Assembly: GCA_963828735.1 (NCBI GenBank)
Contig: CAWHFW010000003.1
Span: 32,001 to 96,000 of the forward strand
DNA length: 64,000 nt
Direction of reading: 5' to 3'
Origin: an uncultured Gemmatimonadales bacterium
GTDB taxonomy: Bacteria > Gemmatimonadota > Gemmatimonadetes > Gemmatimonadales > GWC2-71-9
The translations under genes were made by a program, and so were the position numbers. Shown here in pieces: positions 61,187 to 64,000 of this stretch (positions are counted from its first letter, which is position 1; each line of letters starts with the position of its first letter). The notes under the pieces are model-generated. The model had not been told where the DNA came from. It did not search any database and saw nothing but the letters and a program-made list of their open reading frames with translations.

Positions 61187-61846
61187 TCAGGCCTGGTTGG
61201 TCCAGGTGGGCGAGGCGTAGCTCGCGAACCCGCCGGGGTGCCGGAACCGGATCAGGCCGTAGTCGCACTGCATGGTCGCGGACGTGGCCACGTTGCCCAC
61301 GTTCCAGAAGAATCCGCCGTTGGGGTACACGATCTGCACCGACTTTTCCTGCCCCGAGATAGCGTCGCGAAGCGGCGTTTGCGCCAGCTCGAGGACGCCC
61401 GGAATGCGGAACGACGAGCGGGTGCCGTCGACGGTCATGTCGATCGGCGCGCGAACCGGCCCGTCGACCGAGGCATACGTTCCGGCGAGCGCCTCGAACG
61501 GCATCCCTCCCGCGCGGCCGAGCAGAATCGCCGCCAACGCGTCCGCCTGGGCGCGAGTCGCCCGGTCGTCGATGAAGAAGACGACCGCGCCATTGCCCTC
61601 GTGGATGGCCTTGGGATACACGAACGCGATAACATACCGAACCCCGTCGAGCGCGACGTCGCCGAAGGCGCCTTGCCGCACTTCGCCGCCGATCATCGCC
61701 TCGCAGTTGCCCTTGTCCGGGTAGCCCGTGAACTGGCAGTTGCAGCCCGGGCTGCAGTTGCAGGCCTCGATGTTGTGGACGTGCATCCGCCAGGGCGTCC
61801 GAGCGGCAAGGGTGCTGGAATCGGGAGTCGCGGATGGACGAGTCAT
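61187..61846 (-). CDS. DUF1326 domain protein
   Basis: EACNCSPGCNC..P..G.C, IHEGNG, IDDRA; adjacent to DUF2182. Confidence 0.88.
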   Translation of the reverse strand: MTRPSATPDSSTLAARTPWRMHVHNIEACNCSPGCNCQFTGYPDKGNCEAMIGGEVRQGAFGDVALDGVRYVIAFVYPKAIHEGNGAVVFFIDDRATRAQADALAAILLGRAGGMPFEALAGTYASVDGPVRAPIDMTVDGTRSSFRIPGVLELAQTPLRDAISGQEKSVQIVYPNGGFFWNVGNVATSATMQCDYGLIRFRHPGGFASYASPTWTNQA

Positions 61847-61960
61847 GAGCCACCTCGAAAGGCGGAGCTGCCGGGCAACCGCGGTGATGCGGACAGTCGG
61901 GACGAGGGCAATATGCCCGCCGGTTCCGGAACCCGGAAGACGTCGGTTACACTACAGCGC

Positions 61961-63127
61961 GTGACGGATCGCCTGTACTACCGCGACGCCTACCTGACCG
62001 AGTTCGACGCGGCCGTCGTCGACCGTGCGGAGGACGGCCGGCGGGTCTACCTCGACCGCACGGCGTTCTATCCGACGTCCGGCGGGCAGCCGTTCGACAC
62101 GGGCCGGATCGGCGACGCCGATGTCGTGGACGTGGTCGACGAAGGCGAGCGCATTGCCCACCACCTGGACCAACCGGTAACCGGCGTTCGGGTGCACGGC
62201 CGGGTAGACTGGGCCCGGCGCTTCGATCACATGCAGCAGCACACCGGCCAGCATCTCCTCTCGGCGGTCTTCGCGGAGCGGTTCGGGTACGAGACCGTCA
62301 GCGTCCATTTTGGCCGCGAAAGCTCCACTCTCGACCTGACGGCCCCGGCGCTCGCGCACCAGCTGGTGACGGAAGCCGAGCGACTCGCGAACCGTGCGGT
62401 CACAGAGAACCGTCCCGTCCGGGTCAGCTTCGAGGACGCCGCCTCGGCCGCGGGACTCCGCAAGGCCACCGACCGGCAAGGCACGCTCCGCATCGTGACG
62501 ATTGACGGGCTCGATCGAAGCGCCTGCGGCGGCACCCACGTGCGGGCAACCGGCGAGATCGGGGCGATTCTGATCCGGAAGGTCGAACGGGTGAAGCAGC
62601 TCGTCCGGCTGGAGTTTCTCTGCGGGGATCGCGCCGTGAACCGCGCGCGGGCGGATGCCGACCTGCTCGCCGCGCTCGCGGCCCCCCACTCCGCGACGCC
62701 GGACGAGCTGCCATCGCTGCTCGAAGCGCAGCGCGCCGAGCTCAAGGCGAGCACCGCGGCGAGGCGCGAGCTCGAGGAGGCGCTGGCCGGCGTTCGTGCG
62801 CGCGAGCTCTACGCAGGGAGCCTGCCGGACGACCGCGGCCGCAGGTGCGCTGTGGTCCGCGAGCTGAACGGCCCGGCGGAGCGTTTGCGACCGCTGGCCC
62901 AAGCCTATGGCGGCATGCCGGGCGCGCTGTTCGTCGCCGTCGTGGAAACGCCGCCGACCGTTCTCGTCGCGGCGGCGCCTGACTCGGGGGTGGATGCGGG
63001 AAAGGCCCTGAAGGCGGCACTCGAATCGCGCGGCGGCCGCGGCGGGGGCAACGCGCGATTCGCGCAGGGCACCGTGCAGGACCGCGCGGAGCTCGATGGG
63101 GTGATTGCCTCGATGCTGTCGGCGTGA
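61961..63127 (+). CDS. AlaX-like alanyl-tRNA editing protein with DHHA1 domain
   Basis: RLYY.D.Y, TAFYPTSGGQP.D, HTGQH, CGGTH, GGRGGG. Confidence 0.92.
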   Translation: MTDRLYYRDAYLTEFDAAVVDRAEDGRRVYLDRTAFYPTSGGQPFDTGRIGDADVVDVVDEGERIAHHLDQPVTGVRVHGRVDWARRFDHMQQHTGQHLLSAVFAERFGYETVSVHFGRESSTLDLTAPALAHQLVTEAERLANRAVTENRPVRVSFEDAASAAGLRKATDRQGTLRIVTIDGLDRSACGGTHVRATGEIGAILIRKVERVKQLVRLEFLCGDRAVNRARADADLLAALAAPHSATPDELPSLLEAQRAELKASTAARRELEEALAGVRARELYAGSLPDDRGRRCAVVRELNGPAERLRPLAQAYGGMPGALFVAVVETPPTVLVAAAPDSGVDAGKALKAALESRGGRGGGNARFAQGTVQDRAELDGVIASMLSA

Positions 63128-63152
63128 GGGTCCGGCCGCCAGCTTGACCTCG

Positions 63153-64000
63153 TTACCGGGAGGTGCCCGCCAGCGCCTCGACGCTTTCGCCACACACGCC
63201 GACCCCCGCCTCCTTCCGCAGGATCCCGATCACCTGATCCCACGCCAGCCCTGCCCGATATGGCCTGTCCGCCGCCAGCGCCTCGGCGATGTCCGCCACG
63301 ACCAGCACCCGGCTCGAGGGGCACAGCGACTTCCCATCCACGCCGCGATGGTAGCCCCTGCCGTCGAGCCGCTCGTGGTGGGAGCTCGCGATGCCGACGA
63401 TCGGCTCGAAGGCGGCCACCCGCTCGAGAATGCGGTGCGTGAACTCGGGGTGGAGCCGCATCTGACGCCGCTCGTCATCCGTGAGGGGGCCGGGCTTGTC
63501 GAGAATCCGGTTCGAGACGCCGAGCTTGCCGATGTCGTGCAGCAACGCCGCCCGTCGTAGGTCGCTGAGCTGGTCGGCATCGAAGCCCCGCGCCCGGCCG
63601 ATCGCCAGCGCGAGCTCCGCCACGCCCTCCGAGTGGCGGCTCGTGTACGGCGACTTGGCGTCGATCACCTGCGCGAACGCCTCCGCGATCAGATCGAGCT
63701 GGGACTCGGTCGCGAGCTCCGCGTGCTCCTCCGGCTCTAGCGCCGACAGGTATACCCGCGGGTTCGAGCCCAACACCTCCGCCCAGAACAGCCGGTCGCG
63801 CCGGAACGAGCGGAGGACGTCGACCAGCAGCGGATCGAACCAGGTCCCCCGGCGCTCCAGCGCCACCGCCATCGCGGCCTCCACACTGAACGTGCTGGCG
63901 AAGACCTCGACCGTCTGCGCCAGGCCGACGATGCGTCCCAGCAGCGGGATCTGGTGCCCGCGGAGCCCGAGCGGCATGCCGCGCCCGTCCCAATGCTCGT
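63153..64000 (-). CDS. HD-GYP domain phosphodiesterase, 5'-truncated by window
   Basis: HS.GV, LLHDIGK, HHERLDGRGY, DRPYR; a second EHWDGRGMP motif at the window edge implies tandem domains. Confidence 0.92.
   Translation of the reverse strand, partial: EHWDGRGMPLGLRGHQIPLLGRIVGLAQTVEVFASTFSVEAAMAVALERRGTWFDPLLVDVLRSFRRDRLFWAEVLGSNPRVYLSALEPEEHAELATESQLDLIAEAFAQVIDAKSPYTSRHSEGVAELALAIGRARGFDADQLSDLRRAALLHDIGKLGVSNRILDKPGPLTDDERRQMRLHPEFTHRILERVAAFEPIVGIASSHHERLDGRGYHRGVDGKSLCPSSRVLVVADIAEALAADRPYRAGLAWDQVIGILRKEAGVGVCGESVEALAGTSR

Overview
High-GC bacterial chromosome segment. Gene content suggests Gemmatimonadota (inference): a Hanks kinase, SusC/SusD-like pair, many short lipoproteins and a PGN-type EF-P. 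It holds about 55 CDS and I see no rRNA, tRNA, CRISPR array, integrase or transposase. Main blocks are an fahA / two Rieske oxygenase / SolA / cupin / phytoene-dehydrogenase-like catabolic cluster (0.9-8.9 kb), two divergent TonB-dependent receptors plus SusD with secreted hydrolases and a multicopper oxidase (9-25 kb), envelope and housekeeping genes (25-45 kb), a SAM-II-riboswitch-led thrC-like + MoaD-like operon (45.5-47.2 kb), a MoxR-DUF58-VWA operon (47-54 kb), a Ddl-like ATP-grasp + multi-zinc-ribbon peptidase pair, DUF1326/DUF2182, AlaX and a partial HD-GYP gene. Four genes carry single-base frameshifts that look like long-read errors. The most striking unexplained signal is a ~118 bp intergenic element in five copies whose two nested stems show compensatory changes, with a fixed orientation relative to the nearest stop codon. 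All protein calls come from motif recognition by eye; no database searches were run.
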